Of a stretch of 64,000 bases of DNA, positions 25,380 to 34,555 are shown one piece after another (within the stretch, counting starts at the first letter, position 1; each line of letters begins with the position of its first letter). Source of the DNA: Acidimicrobiia bacterium (GTDB lineage Bacteria > Actinomycetota > Acidimicrobiia > Acidimicrobiales > Aldehydirespiratoraceae). Location: positions 109,604 to 173,603 of the forward strand of contig JAJEDD010000014.1 in the NCBI GenBank assembly GCA_022821685.1. Direction: 5' to 3'. The notes beneath the pieces were generated by a model. The model worked only from the letters and a program-made list of their open reading frames with translations, had not been told where the DNA came from and searched no databases. Both the position numbers and the translations under genes were made by a program.

Positions 25380-26705
25380 ATGAACAGTCCAGGTCCCCGG
25401 TTGCGGCGCATCGACAACGCCCGCCTGCTTCCCTGCACCGACGAGACCGTCATCACCGACGGCACGGTGGTGATCGACGGCGAGCTGATCGGCTGGATCG
25501 GGCCGTCGCATGATCTGCCCCGCGAGTTCCAAGACGAGGCGATGCCGACGGTGAACGCGGGCGGCGCCACCGTCATGCCGGGACTGGTCGACGGCCACAT
25601 GCACATCAGTTTCGGCGAGCCTCACACCGAGGAGGAGCTGTACATCTATACGCCGTCGCCGTATCGAGCCATCCGGGCCGCCGCCAGCGCCGAGACCGTG
25701 CTGCTGGCCGGAGTCACCAGCGCCTGCGACCCGGGCGGGCCCACCGGAATCGCCCCCGCGGTGCGCGACGCGGTTGCGGCCGGGCTCATCCAGGGACCCA
25801 GACTCTCAGCCGCGGGCCGGCAGATAACCACCCAGCAGGGCATTGGCGACACGCTGCCTCGCTGGATCGATGTGGCCGAATCGTCGTTCGGGGCGCTGGT
25901 CCACGGTCGCGGCGAGCTGCTGAGCGAGATACGCGACCAGGTCAAGGACGGGGTGGACCTGATCAAGATCGCCGGGTCCGGTCCGGGAACCACCGAGTGG
26001 GCCGCGTTCCGGCGCGACGAACTCGAGCTCGCGGTAGACGAGGCCCACCGGCTCGGGCGTCCGCTGGCCATGCATGCCCGGTCCCGCCAGTCCGTGGCTG
26101 ACGCGGCCGCCGCCGGCATCGACTGGATCATGCACGCCTCCTACATGGACACCGAGACCCTCGACCGGGTGCTGGAACGCGACATCCCGCTGCTTCCGGC
26201 CATGACGCTGCTCGTCAACTCGCTGGAGGCGGGCGGGATGCGGCCCGCCGCCAACGACGCCATCCGGCGAGAACTGGACGCGGCCGTCTCCATCCTCTCC
26301 AAGGCCCACGAGCAGGGCGCCACGCTGATAGCCGGATCCGAGAGCGGGTTCGCCATGACCCCCTACGGCCAGTGGCACACCCGGGAGATGGAGTTGTTCG
26401 TCAGCCACCTCGGCATGAGCGATATGCGTGCCCTGCTGTGCATGACCCGCGACGCCGCGGTGGCCGTGCCCCGGGACGCAGCCATGATCGGCACTCTGAC
26501 CCCCGGCAAGTACGCCGACATGCTGATAGTGGACGGGCGGCCCGACGAGAACGTGTCCATACTGGCCGACCGGCGGCGCTTCCGAGTGATGAAGGGCGGA
26601 CAGGAGGTCGAGCTGTGGCGGCCCGATTCGGTGCCGACCCGGCGCATGCCCTTCGAGCAGGCCCGTCCCTACGTGCCAGCCCGATTCGAGCGCGAGCTTC
26701 CGTGA
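25380..26705 (+). CDS. metal-dependent amidohydrolase family protein
   Basis: 441 aa. It has the PGLVDGHMHISFG metal-binding motif, an internal LAMHAR motif, and a C-terminus with ADMLIVDG. These are typical of the amidohydrolase_1 superfamily. Confidence 0.85.
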   Translation: MNSPGPRLRRIDNARLLPCTDETVITDGTVVIDGELIGWIGPSHDLPREFQDEAMPTVNAGGATVMPGLVDGHMHISFGEPHTEEELYIYTPSPYRAIRAAASAETVLLAGVTSACDPGGPTGIAPAVRDAVAAGLIQGPRLSAAGRQITTQQGIGDTLPRWIDVAESSFGALVHGRGELLSEIRDQVKDGVDLIKIAGSGPGTTEWAAFRRDELELAVDEAHRLGRPLAMHARSRQSVADAAAAGIDWIMHASYMDTETLDRVLERDIPLLPAMTLLVNSLEAGGMRPAANDAIRRELDAAVSILSKAHEQGATLIAGSESGFAMTPYGQWHTREMELFVSHLGMSDMRALLCMTRDAAVAVPRDAAMIGTLTPGKYADMLIVDGRPDENVSILADRRRFRVMKGGQEVELWRPDSVPTRRMPFEQARPYVPARFERELP

Positions 26706-26775
26706 CCACCGCCGTCCATCTCTGGTCGCGGCGGGACTCGGGCTGCCAGCACCCGAACCAGCGACTCACAGCCCG

Positions 26776-27609
26776 ATGACTCCCCTCGCCGATCTGTGGT
26801 CGCTGGCAGGCCGCGTCTGCGTTGTCACCGGCGCCGCTCAGGGGTTCGGAGCCGCCATCGCCGGGCGCCTGGCCGAGGCCGGAGCGGTCGTCGCCGTCGC
26901 CGACATCAACGAGACAGCCGCCCGGGCCACCGCGGAGCGGATCGCGGCCGAGACCGGAAGCGCCTGCATCGGCCACCGCGTCGACGTCTCGGACGAAGCC
27001 TCCGTCAGCGCTCTGTTCGAGGCTGTCGAGTCACGGCTCGCGCCGGTGGATGTGCTGGTCAACAACGCGGGCGTCTTCTCCAACTATCTGTCCACCGAGA
27101 TGCCCCGCGACGAGTTCGCCCGCATCCTCGACGTGAACGTGACCGGCGGCTTCCTGTGCGCACGCGCCGCGGCCCTCACCATGAAGCCTCGAGCCGCTGG
27201 AGTGATAATCAACGTCGCCTCGGTCGATGCCCAGGCACCATCGGCGGAGGGGCTCCTTCACTACACCACCTCCAAGCACGCCATCGCCGGGCTGACCCGG
27301 TCGCTGGCCATGGAGTTGGCGCCCCACGGGATTCGCGTCAACGCGGTGTGCCCGGGCGCGGCGATGACCGAGGGCACCATCGAGTTCGTGAAGGCCGGAG
27401 CTCCCCAGGGCATCGATCTCAAGGCGCAGTGGGCCGGCATAGTGGACCGAACCCCGCTCGGGCGCCTGTGCCGGCCCGACGATGTGGGCCGGGCGGCCGT
27501 CTTCCTGGCGTCCGACATGGCCGAGTTCATAACCGGGACGCTCCTCGCGGTCGACGGCGGGATCCTGGTCCAGCCGTTGGAGGGCTACGTGTCGGCCGGC
27601 CATGACTGA
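26776..27609 (+). CDS. SDR-family NAD(P)-dependent oxidoreductase
   Basis: Motifs present are TGAAQGFGAAIA (TGxxxGxG), NNAG and YTTSKHAIAGLTRSLA (YxxxK). Confidence 0.9.
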   Translation: MTPLADLWSLAGRVCVVTGAAQGFGAAIAGRLAEAGAVVAVADINETAARATAERIAAETGSACIGHRVDVSDEASVSALFEAVESRLAPVDVLVNNAGVFSNYLSTEMPRDEFARILDVNVTGGFLCARAAALTMKPRAAGVIINVASVDAQAPSAEGLLHYTTSKHAIAGLTRSLAMELAPHGIRVNAVCPGAAMTEGTIEFVKAGAPQGIDLKAQWAGIVDRTPLGRLCRPDDVGRAAVFLASDMAEFITGTLLAVDGGILVQPLEGYVSAGHD

Positions 27610-28348
27610 CCCGGTCCTCGAAGTCCGCAACATCGAGAAGTCTTTCGGAGCAGTCCAGGCCCTGCGCCAGGTAAGCCTCAGCGTGCATGCGGGCGAGGTG
27701 CTGGGACTGATCGGCGACAACGGCGCAGGCAAGTCGACCCTCGTCAAGTGCGTGGCCGGGATCATCAAGCCCGACGAGGGCGAGATCCTCATCCACGGCG
27801 AGAAGATCGAGTTGACCTCGCCGCGCGACGCCCACGAGCGAGGCATCGAGACCGTCCATCAGGACCTGGCCCTCATCGACACGCTCGATGTGACCGGCAA
27901 CATCTTCTTGAACCGGGAGCTCACCCGTCAGCCGAGGTTCGCGGGCTGGATGGACAAGCGGCGCATGCATCGCGAGGCGAGGCAGATCCTTGAGGGCCTC
28001 CACATCAACATCCCGTCGGTGCGCCATCCGATCGAGAAGCTGTCGGGTGGTCAGCGCCAAGCGGTGGCGGTGGGCCGATCGGTGGCCTGGGGACGGCGGA
28101 TCGTGCTGATGGACGAGCCCTCGGCCGCGCTCGGCGTGGAGCAGTCGCGCCTGGTGATGGAGCTCATCAAGACGCTGCGCGACCGCGGCCTGGCCGTGGT
28201 GTTGATCAGCCACAACATGCAGGAGGTGCTCGACGCCTGCTCTCGTGTCCTGGTGCTGCGCCACGGTGCCGCCGTGGCCGACATCGCACTGGACGGTGTG
28301 ACCACCAGAGACCTAGTTCAGCTCATCACCACGGGAGCGATGAACTAA
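27602..28348 (+). CDS. ABC transporter ATP-binding protein (single-domain, sugar/CUT2-like)
   Basis: Walker A is GDNGAGKST, the signature is LSGGQRQAVAV and Walker B is IVLMDEP. There is an 8-nt overlap with the SDR gene. Confidence 0.9.
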   Translation: MTDPVLEVRNIEKSFGAVQALRQVSLSVHAGEVLGLIGDNGAGKSTLVKCVAGIIKPDEGEILIHGEKIELTSPRDAHERGIETVHQDLALIDTLDVTGNIFLNRELTRQPRFAGWMDKRRMHREARQILEGLHINIPSVRHPIEKLSGGQRQAVAVGRSVAWGRRIVLMDEPSAALGVEQSRLVMELIKTLRDRGLAVVLISHNMQEVLDACSRVLVLRHGAAVADIALDGVTTRDLVQLITTGAMN

Positions 28349-28411
28349 GAGGCCAAGCGCCCACAATTGGCACCCGATGTGAGAGTCTTCTAGTGTGACC
28401 TCTCGCCGCAG

Positions 28412-29290
28412 ATGCCGCTTGTCGGCAGGAAGGATTCGCGCATGCCGCAGCTGATGGTCGGCTATGACGTCGAGTCCTTCGCCATAGGCGAGGGACTGGC
28501 CCGGATCGGCGACCACGGCATCGTCCAGGCCACCGAGCCGGACTCCACCCCTCAGGGCATCGAGGTGATCCTCCGCAACCACGAGGAGTTCGACGCGCCC
28601 GCCACGCTGTTTGTGTGCGGCCGCACCCTCGTGCATCATGTCGCTCTGTTCCAAGATCTCGTCCGTCACCCGTTGATCGACATCCAGCAGCACACCTACA
28701 GCCACGCCCTCTTCAAGCCCGACTACTGGAACGGGGGCGTGTTCCTGGCCTCGCCCGCCGAAGCGCTGGAGACGGAGCTGATGACCACTTCGTCCGCCAT
28801 CGAGAGCCACCTCGGAGTCGAGTGCATCGGGCTGCGCACACCCCACGGCCACTACCTCGGGCTCAGCGACCGACCCGAACTGCTCGACATTCTCCAACGG
28901 TGCGGCATCCGATACGTAAGTTCCTGGGGACGCGGCCCCAACGGGGCGAACCCCACCCCAATGTCGACCCAGCCGTTCTGGTATGCCGAGCAGGGGCACC
29001 CCGAGATCCTCGAGATCCCGTTCCAGCACTGGCTCGACGGCATCTGGTTCGAGGCCAACGGCATCGACAGGGGCCGCGAGTTCGGCCAGATTCTGAGCAG
29101 CGCCATCGACGAGATCGTCGCCGACGACCTCGCCTACGGCGCCTGCTTCCACGACTGGGCCATGCTCCGCTACGACGAGGCCGGCACACAATGGGTGCGC
29201 ACCCTCCTCGCTCGCGCCCGAGCCGCGGGTGTGGAGATCGTCTCGTACACCGACTACTACCGGTCGATGCCCGCCCTCGTGCCCGCCTGA
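28412..29290 (+). CDS. polysaccharide deacetylase (NodB/CE4-like) family protein
   Basis: 292 aa. It has GYDVES in place of TFDDG, plus a QQHTYSH His motif. The start is uncertain (ATG 28412 or 28442). Confidence 0.7.
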   Translation: MPLVGRKDSRMPQLMVGYDVESFAIGEGLARIGDHGIVQATEPDSTPQGIEVILRNHEEFDAPATLFVCGRTLVHHVALFQDLVRHPLIDIQQHTYSHALFKPDYWNGGVFLASPAEALETELMTTSSAIESHLGVECIGLRTPHGHYLGLSDRPELLDILQRCGIRYVSSWGRGPNGANPTPMSTQPFWYAEQGHPEILEIPFQHWLDGIWFEANGIDRGREFGQILSSAIDEIVADDLAYGACFHDWAMLRYDEAGTQWVRTLLARARAAGVEIVSYTDYYRSMPALVPA

Positions 29291-29338
29291 CCGACGCCAC
29301 CGCACCTTTCAGCAAGAAATACAACCCAGGGGGATCCC

Positions 29339-30346
29339 ATGTTCAGAACCACTGTTCGTCTATTCGCAGCACTGTTGACGCTGGTGCTGATCGCGGCCGC
29401 ATGCAGCGGCAGCGGCGACGACGGCGACTCGTCGAATGGCACGATTGCCTTCAGCTACGGCAACGAGACGGCCGGCATCTATCCCATCGTGGCCGGCCCG
29501 GCCCGGATCCAGGCCGAATCCCGCGGCTACGAGTTCGTCGAGGGTGCCGCCAACGGCGACTGCGAGCAGCAGGTCCAGGATGTGGAGAACTTCATCGTCC
29601 AGCAGGTGGACGCCATCGTGGCTCTGCCGCTGTGCGGCATCGAGCCGCTCCAGCCCACCATCGACAAGGCCAAGGAGGCGGGCATCGTCTTCGTCGGCTA
29701 CTCGACCGAGGTTCCCAACGGTGACGCGGCCGTCGTCTACCAGAACGTGGCCGGCGCCGAGAAGGTCGCCAACGAGGCCCTCAGATGGCTGGAGGAGGAC
29801 TTCACCGGCGACCGCAACGACTTCTCCTGGGTGCTATTCACCTTCGACCAGTGCGGATCGGCCTGCACGCAGCGCACCGACCCGATCCGGGAGATCATCG
29901 TCAACGCCACCGGCGTCGCCCCGCTCGAAGCCGAGGTGGTGGCCGAGGATGCGGGCTTGGAGGCAACCGAGACCTTCTTCCAGTCCAATCCCAACATCGC
30001 CATGATCATCGGCATCAACGACGCCGGCGCGCTGGGCGCCTACCAGGCTGTGCTGGCCCAGATGCGGGCCGGACGCGACGCCAGCGAATTCTTCGTGGCC
30101 GGGATGGACGGCCAGAACGAGGCCCTCGAACTGCTCGCCAACGGCGGCGGCGAGGGCGGCATCTACCGGGCCAGCGGCGCTCTGGTTCTCGACGACCTCG
30201 GACGAGCGGTTGCCAACCTGCCCATCGACATTCTCGAGGGCACCACCACCGAGAACCTGGAACTCCCCTACGAGCTGGTGACGCCCAACGATGCGGCCCG
30301 GGCTCAGGAGATCCTCGACGCCTACAACGAGTTCACCGGCGGCTGA
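29339..30346 (+). CDS. sugar-type ABC transporter substrate-binding lipoprotein (RbsB/PBP type I)
   Basis: It has a lipoprotein signal with lipobox LIAAAC. The type I periplasmic-binding fold pattern is VDAIVALP ... GIVFVGY ... IIGINDAGALGA. Confidence 0.85.
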   Translation: MFRTTVRLFAALLTLVLIAAACSGSGDDGDSSNGTIAFSYGNETAGIYPIVAGPARIQAESRGYEFVEGAANGDCEQQVQDVENFIVQQVDAIVALPLCGIEPLQPTIDKAKEAGIVFVGYSTEVPNGDAAVVYQNVAGAEKVANEALRWLEEDFTGDRNDFSWVLFTFDQCGSACTQRTDPIREIIVNATGVAPLEAEVVAEDAGLEATETFFQSNPNIAMIIGINDAGALGAYQAVLAQMRAGRDASEFFVAGMDGQNEALELLANGGGEGGIYRASGALVLDDLGRAVANLPIDILEGTTTENLELPYELVTPNDAARAQEILDAYNEFTGG

Positions 30347-30395
30347 TCCCCCGCCAGCAGGGGGCCGCTCCAACCGGAGACGATCCCAGCCAGCA

Positions 30396-31439
30396 ATGAG
30401 CACACCGGCAGACCTCTCGTCGGAGGCGCGCGCCGTCACAGCTAGTGCGGTCGGAATCGACCTTGAGTCCCGGCTGGCGCGCACCCGGGCCGTGTTCCTG
30501 CGCAACGGGATCGTCCTCGCCCTGATCGCGGAGGTGCTGTTCTTCTGGTCTCAGTCCGAGAAGTTCATGACCGGGCCCAACATCCGGCTGATCTTCTTGC
30601 AGGTGGCCGTGGTCGGGATCATGGCCGTGCCCACCGCGCTGCTGTTGATGTCGGGCTACATCGACTTCGCGGTCGGATCGACCCTCGGCTTGAGCGCAGT
30701 GGTGCTGGGCAAACAGCTCGAGGCTGGAGTCCACCCCGTCACCGCCTGCACCGCAACCATCGCAGTGGCTGCCGCCGTCGGCGGGTGCCAGGGCACCCTG
30801 GCCACTCGAGCCCGGTTCGCGCCGATCATCGTGACTCTGGGGTTCTTCACCGCGGTCCGCGGGCTGACGTTCGTGGTCAACGACGGCAACCTGGCCAGCG
30901 GATGGACCGGCCGATTCCAGGAGATCGGACAGGGGATCGTGCCCGGCGTCGGAATTCCGAACCCGGTGCTCATCACCGGGGCGGTGTTCGTGATCGGCGG
31001 CCTGTTCCACACCAAGACGGTGTGGGGCCGCCACATGGTGGCGCTGGGCGTGAATGCGGAGGCTGCCCGCCGGGCCGGCATCAACCCGTGGCGGCTCCCG
31101 CTGCTGCTCTACGTCGCCAGCAGCGTCGGCGCGGGCGTGGGCGCGATCGTGCTCGTGTCTCGGCTCAACTCGGCGCCCCCAACCCTGGGCGAGGGCATCG
31201 AGATCGAGGTTCTCAGCGCCATCCTGCTGGGAGGGGTGGCCTTCGGGGGCGGCAAGGGCAACCTCCTCGGAGTGGCCGCCGGGGTATTGTTCATCGGCGT
31301 GCTCAACGACGGGCTGCTGTTGCTCGGGGCCAAGCCCTTCTGGGTGCGGGTGAGCGCCGGGCTTGCCCTCGTGGCCGCCGCCGCCTTGGACGCCACCAGC
31401 CGATACTTCGAGCGCCGAGCCTCTGGAGGAGAGGAATGA
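30396..31439 (+). CDS. ABC transporter permease (RbsC/AraH-type)
   Basis: ATG 30396 (MSTPADLS...) avoids overlap with the SBP gene. The protein is polytopic, and LSAILLGGVAFGGGKGNLLGVAAGVLFIGVLNDGL is typical of this family. Confidence 0.85.
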   Translation: MSTPADLSSEARAVTASAVGIDLESRLARTRAVFLRNGIVLALIAEVLFFWSQSEKFMTGPNIRLIFLQVAVVGIMAVPTALLLMSGYIDFAVGSTLGLSAVVLGKQLEAGVHPVTACTATIAVAAAVGGCQGTLATRARFAPIIVTLGFFTAVRGLTFVVNDGNLASGWTGRFQEIGQGIVPGVGIPNPVLITGAVFVIGGLFHTKTVWGRHMVALGVNAEAARRAGINPWRLPLLLYVASSVGAGVGAIVLVSRLNSAPPTLGEGIEIEVLSAILLGGVAFGGGKGNLLGVAAGVLFIGVLNDGLLLLGAKPFWVRVSAGLALVAAAALDATSRYFERRASGGEE

Positions 31440-31675
31440 CCCATGAGGTCATCCTGCCCAAGACGGGAATGTACGAGGGCAGCGTGACGCTGACCGAGTG
31501 GCTCGTAGATGACGGCGACGATGTGATCGAGGGTGAGCCGCTGTTCGTGATGGAGAGCGACAAAGTTGAGATGGAAATAGAGGCCGAGGCCTCGGGCCGG
31601 GTCCAACAGGAGGCGGAGCCGGGCTTCGAAGCTCCCATCGGCACCCGCATCGGCGTGATCATCGAAGCACCCTGA
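31436..31675 (+). CDS. free-standing lipoyl/biotinyl attachment domain protein (79 aa)
   Basis: ATG 31436 overlaps the permease stop (ATGA). My translation is MTHEVILPKTGMYEGSVTLTEWLVDDGDDVIEGEPLFVMESDKVEMEIEAEASGRV... The ESDKV motif contains the modifiable Lys. Confidence 0.8.
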   Translation: MTHEVILPKTGMYEGSVTLTEWLVDDGDDVIEGEPLFVMESDKVEMEIEAEASGRVQQEAEPGFEAPIGTRIGVIIEAP

Positions 31676-31701
31676 ACAGTCAGGCGAGAAGGTCGACAGG
31701 T

Positions 31702-33738
31702 GTGAAGCAGTCCTCAGGCCAATCTGGAACCGAGCCTGCCACCCGCCAGGCATCCGCGGCGGCGCGGGAGGCCGGGCTGCGGACGATGCTTCGCATCCGC
31801 GGGTTCGAGGACCGGCTGCTCAAAGAGTTTGCCAAGGGTGACATGCCCGGATTCGTTCACACCTATCACGGGGCTGAGCCCGTCGCGGCGGGGGTGTGCG
31901 CTCATTTGAGCGACGACGACATCATCACCAGCACCCACCGAGGCCACGGCCACTGCATCGCCAAGGGCTGCGACATTTCGGCCATGGTGGCCGAGCTCTA
32001 CGGACGGGAGACCGGCCTGTGCCGGGGCCGGGGCGGATCGATGCACATCGCCGATTTCAGCCGGGGCATGCTCGGCGCCAACGCCATCGTGGGAGGCGGC
32101 ATATCGCTGGCCGTGGGCGCCGCGCTCGCTTCGGAGGTGCTCGGCGACGGCCGGGTGGCCGTTTCGTTCTTCGGCGATGGAGCGGCCAACCAGGGCATCT
32201 TCCACGAGTCGCTGAACCTGGCCTCCATCTGGCGCCTGCCGGTGGTGTTCGTGTGCGAGAACAACGGCTGGGCCGAGTCGACGCCGACGGAGTACGCCAC
32301 CAGCGTCGCCGACATAGCGGTCAGGGCCCAGGCCTACGACATGGCCGGGGTGGTGGTCGACGGATCGGACTACCTCGATGTGTTCGCACAGGCCGGCCTC
32401 GCCATCGACCGGGCTCGGCGAGGCGAGGGCCCCACGCTGATCGAATCCAAGGTGACCAGGATGCGCGGCCACTATGTGGGCGATCCCGAGCAGTACCGGT
32501 CCCGCGAACAGCGCCGCTCCGCTCGCAAACTCGACCCGGTCGCCAGCTTCGCCGCCGACGCGGGCTTCGACCTCGAAGCGTGCCAAGCCGAGATCGACCG
32601 CGAGCTCGACGAGGCCTATGCCGCAGCCCGAGCCGCGCCCTGGCCTGATCCCGCCGACGTGGAGCGCTATGTCCTCAGCGAGCGCCTACCCGACCCGAGG
32701 CTGTCGGTCGCCGCTCCGACCACGGAGCGGGAAGGCTCATACGTCCAAGCCGTTCACGAAGCACTGGCCGAGGCCATGCGGGCCGACGCCCGCGTCATCA
32801 TTCTCGGTGAGGACATCGCAGGCGGCGCCGGGCTCGGACCCCCGCTCGAGGGTGCCATGGGCGGGACGTTCGGCGCCACCAAGGGACTCATCGAAGAGTT
32901 CGGTTCTGAGCGGGTCCGCGACACTCCGATTTCAGAGGCCGGGTTCGTGGGTGCGGCCGTGGGGGCGGCCATGGCCGGGCTGCGGCCCGTGGCCGACATC
33001 ATGTGGGCCAGCTTCTCGCCCTACTGCTTCGACCAGATCTTCAACCAGGCCGCCAAGATGCGCTACATGTTCGGCGGCCAGGCCACCGTACCGATGGTGT
33101 TGCGCATGGCGATGGGGGCCGGGCTGCGGGCCGGGGGCCAGCACTCCGACACGCTGCAGCAGATCTTCACCAGCATCCCGGGCCTCAAGGTGGTGGCTCC
33201 AGCCACTCCGGCCACGGCCAAGGGGCTGCTGCTTCGAGCCATCCGCGACGACGATCCTGTGGTGTTCCTCGAGCACATGAGCCTGTACCGGACCCGTGGA
33301 CCGCTGCCCGAGGGCCGCTACGAGTTGCCGATCGGGAAGGCGGCCATTGAGCGCCGCGGCGACGACGTGAGCCTGATCGCCGCCGGCGCAGCAGTGTTGC
33401 TGGCCCTCGAAGCCGCCGAGCGGCTGGCCGTCGAGCACCAAGTCTCGGCCGAGGTCGTCGACTTGCGCACGCTCTCACCGCTCGACACCGCCACAGTGGA
33501 GGCCTCAGTGAGACGGACCAGGCGGGCAGTCGTCATCGACGAGAGCCCGCCCCGATGCAGCGTGGCCTCCGAGCTGGCCGCCACCATCTCCGAATCGGTG
33601 TTCGATCAGCTTCGCGCTCCCGTGGCCCGGATCACGGCCGCGAACTCGCCAGTGCCCTTCAGCCCACCCCTGGAGGACGCCTACCTGCCCTCAGCCGATC
33701 AGGTGGTGGACGCCGTCCTGCAAATGAACCGCGACTGA
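31702..33738 (+). CDS. thiamine-diphosphate-dependent 2-oxoacid/acetoin dehydrogenase E1 component, fused alpha-beta
   Basis: 678 aa. The E1-alpha half contains YHGAEPVAAGVCAHL...HRGHGHCIAKG...GDGAANQGIFHESLN. The E1-beta half contains VIILGEDIAGG...DTPISEAGFVGAAVGAAMAGLRP. Confidence 0.88.
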   Translation: MKQSSGQSGTEPATRQASAAAREAGLRTMLRIRGFEDRLLKEFAKGDMPGFVHTYHGAEPVAAGVCAHLSDDDIITSTHRGHGHCIAKGCDISAMVAELYGRETGLCRGRGGSMHIADFSRGMLGANAIVGGGISLAVGAALASEVLGDGRVAVSFFGDGAANQGIFHESLNLASIWRLPVVFVCENNGWAESTPTEYATSVADIAVRAQAYDMAGVVVDGSDYLDVFAQAGLAIDRARRGEGPTLIESKVTRMRGHYVGDPEQYRSREQRRSARKLDPVASFAADAGFDLEACQAEIDRELDEAYAAARAAPWPDPADVERYVLSERLPDPRLSVAAPTTEREGSYVQAVHEALAEAMRADARVIILGEDIAGGAGLGPPLEGAMGGTFGATKGLIEEFGSERVRDTPISEAGFVGAAVGAAMAGLRPVADIMWASFSPYCFDQIFNQAAKMRYMFGGQATVPMVLRMAMGAGLRAGGQHSDTLQQIFTSIPGLKVVAPATPATAKGLLLRAIRDDDPVVFLEHMSLYRTRGPLPEGRYELPIGKAAIERRGDDVSLIAAGAAVLLALEAAERLAVEHQVSAEVVDLRTLSPLDTATVEASVRRTRRAVVIDESPPRCSVASELAATISESVFDQLRAPVARITAANSPVPFSPPLEDAYLPSADQVVDAVLQMNRD

Positions 33739-33771
33739 GAGCGGACACGCCCACCCCCGAACATCCACCAC

Positions 33772-34167
33772 CTAGCAGCCAGGCGGCTGACCAGACGCCT
33801 CCGCGAGCATCTGATCGAAGGTCTTGACGGTCTTGACGCCCCGGCGGCGGCAGCTGGCCAGGCGGCACAGGTCCCGAGCCTGCAAGTCCCGATGTTGCTC
33901 ATGTAGCTGCCGGGCCAGCACCACATCGGCTTCCTCCAGCGGCCAGACTTCGATCTCGGCGCTGCGAATCAGTTCCAGGGCCGCGTCGAGCGTTCCTAGC
34001 CGCCCGGTGGCGAGGTACATATGGGCAAGCTCCTGCATGACCTCGGCGGAGGTGCAGAGTCGCTCGCCTGAGTCAACGGCATCGACGAAGAACCGCTGCG
34101 CCGCCACTCTCAGAGGGTGGGGTCTCCCCACTGCGTACATGAGGACGTTGGTGTCCACAAAGATCAC
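33772..34167 (-). CDS. vapC: PIN-domain toxin
   Basis: 131 aa. MIFVDTNVLMYA carries the first PIN acidic residue. There is a 4-nt overlap with the upstream antitoxin gene. Confidence 0.85.
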   Translation of the reverse strand: MIFVDTNVLMYAVGRPHPLRVAAQRFFVDAVDSGERLCTSAEVMQELAHMYLATGRLGTLDAALELIRSAEIEVWPLEEADVVLARQLHEQHRDLQARDLCRLASCRRRGVKTVKTFDQMLAEASGQPPGC

Positions 34168-34439
34168 GCCCTCGAAGCCCCCCGACTCTTGGCCTCGCTC
34201 ATGACCTGCAAGTGCTCGCTCCAGTCCGGTTCCGTCTCGGGCCCGTCCAGCTGCTCCAGCGTCTTGAAGAACTCCCTGACCTGTGCGGAAGACTCGAACC
34301 GCGTGGCACTCTGCCGGGCTTCAAGACGCTCGCGCGCCGCGCCGCGCAGCCAGGCACTGAACGACATGCCCTCTCGCTGAGCCTGTTCGACGTAGCGATC
34401 CCGGTCCTCGTCGGGCATCACCAACTGCACCCTGGCCAT
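34164..34439 (-). CDS. vapB: ribbon-helix-helix antitoxin
   Basis: ATG 34439 is preceded by AAGGAGGG. MARVQLVMPDEDRDRYVEQAQREGMSFSAWLRGAARERL is a CopG/RHH pattern. Confidence 0.75.
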   Translation of the reverse strand: MARVQLVMPDEDRDRYVEQAQREGMSFSAWLRGAARERLEARQSATRFESSAQVREFFKTLEQLDGPETEPDWSEHLQVMSEAKSRGASRA

Positions 34440-34462
34440 GTCACCCTCCTTTGGTTCCTGAG

Positions 34463-34481
34463 TGTGTAAGAATGTTACACA
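34463..34481. promoter_or_regulatory. inverted repeat TGTGTAA-N5-TTACACA upstream of vapB
   Basis: A perfect 7-bp inverted repeat lies in a locally AT-rich stretch about 25 nt upstream of the vapB start. It is a candidate autoregulatory operator or promoter element. Confidence 0.45.
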
Positions 34482-34555
34482 TGCCAACGGCCGGCACCGC
34501 CAACTGGTCCACTGGGATTTGGAACGGGGGGCGGCTCGTGATTGGCTAGCACTCC

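Noticed and set aside
34440-34555. Possible glycine riboswitch upstream of glcB, by analogy with SAR11.
   Set aside because: I could not find the conserved glycine-aptamer core (the GGAGAG ... CACCGAAGGGGCAA-type segments). The region is better explained as the vapB promoter/operator plus the glcB leader. A covariance-model scan would settle it.
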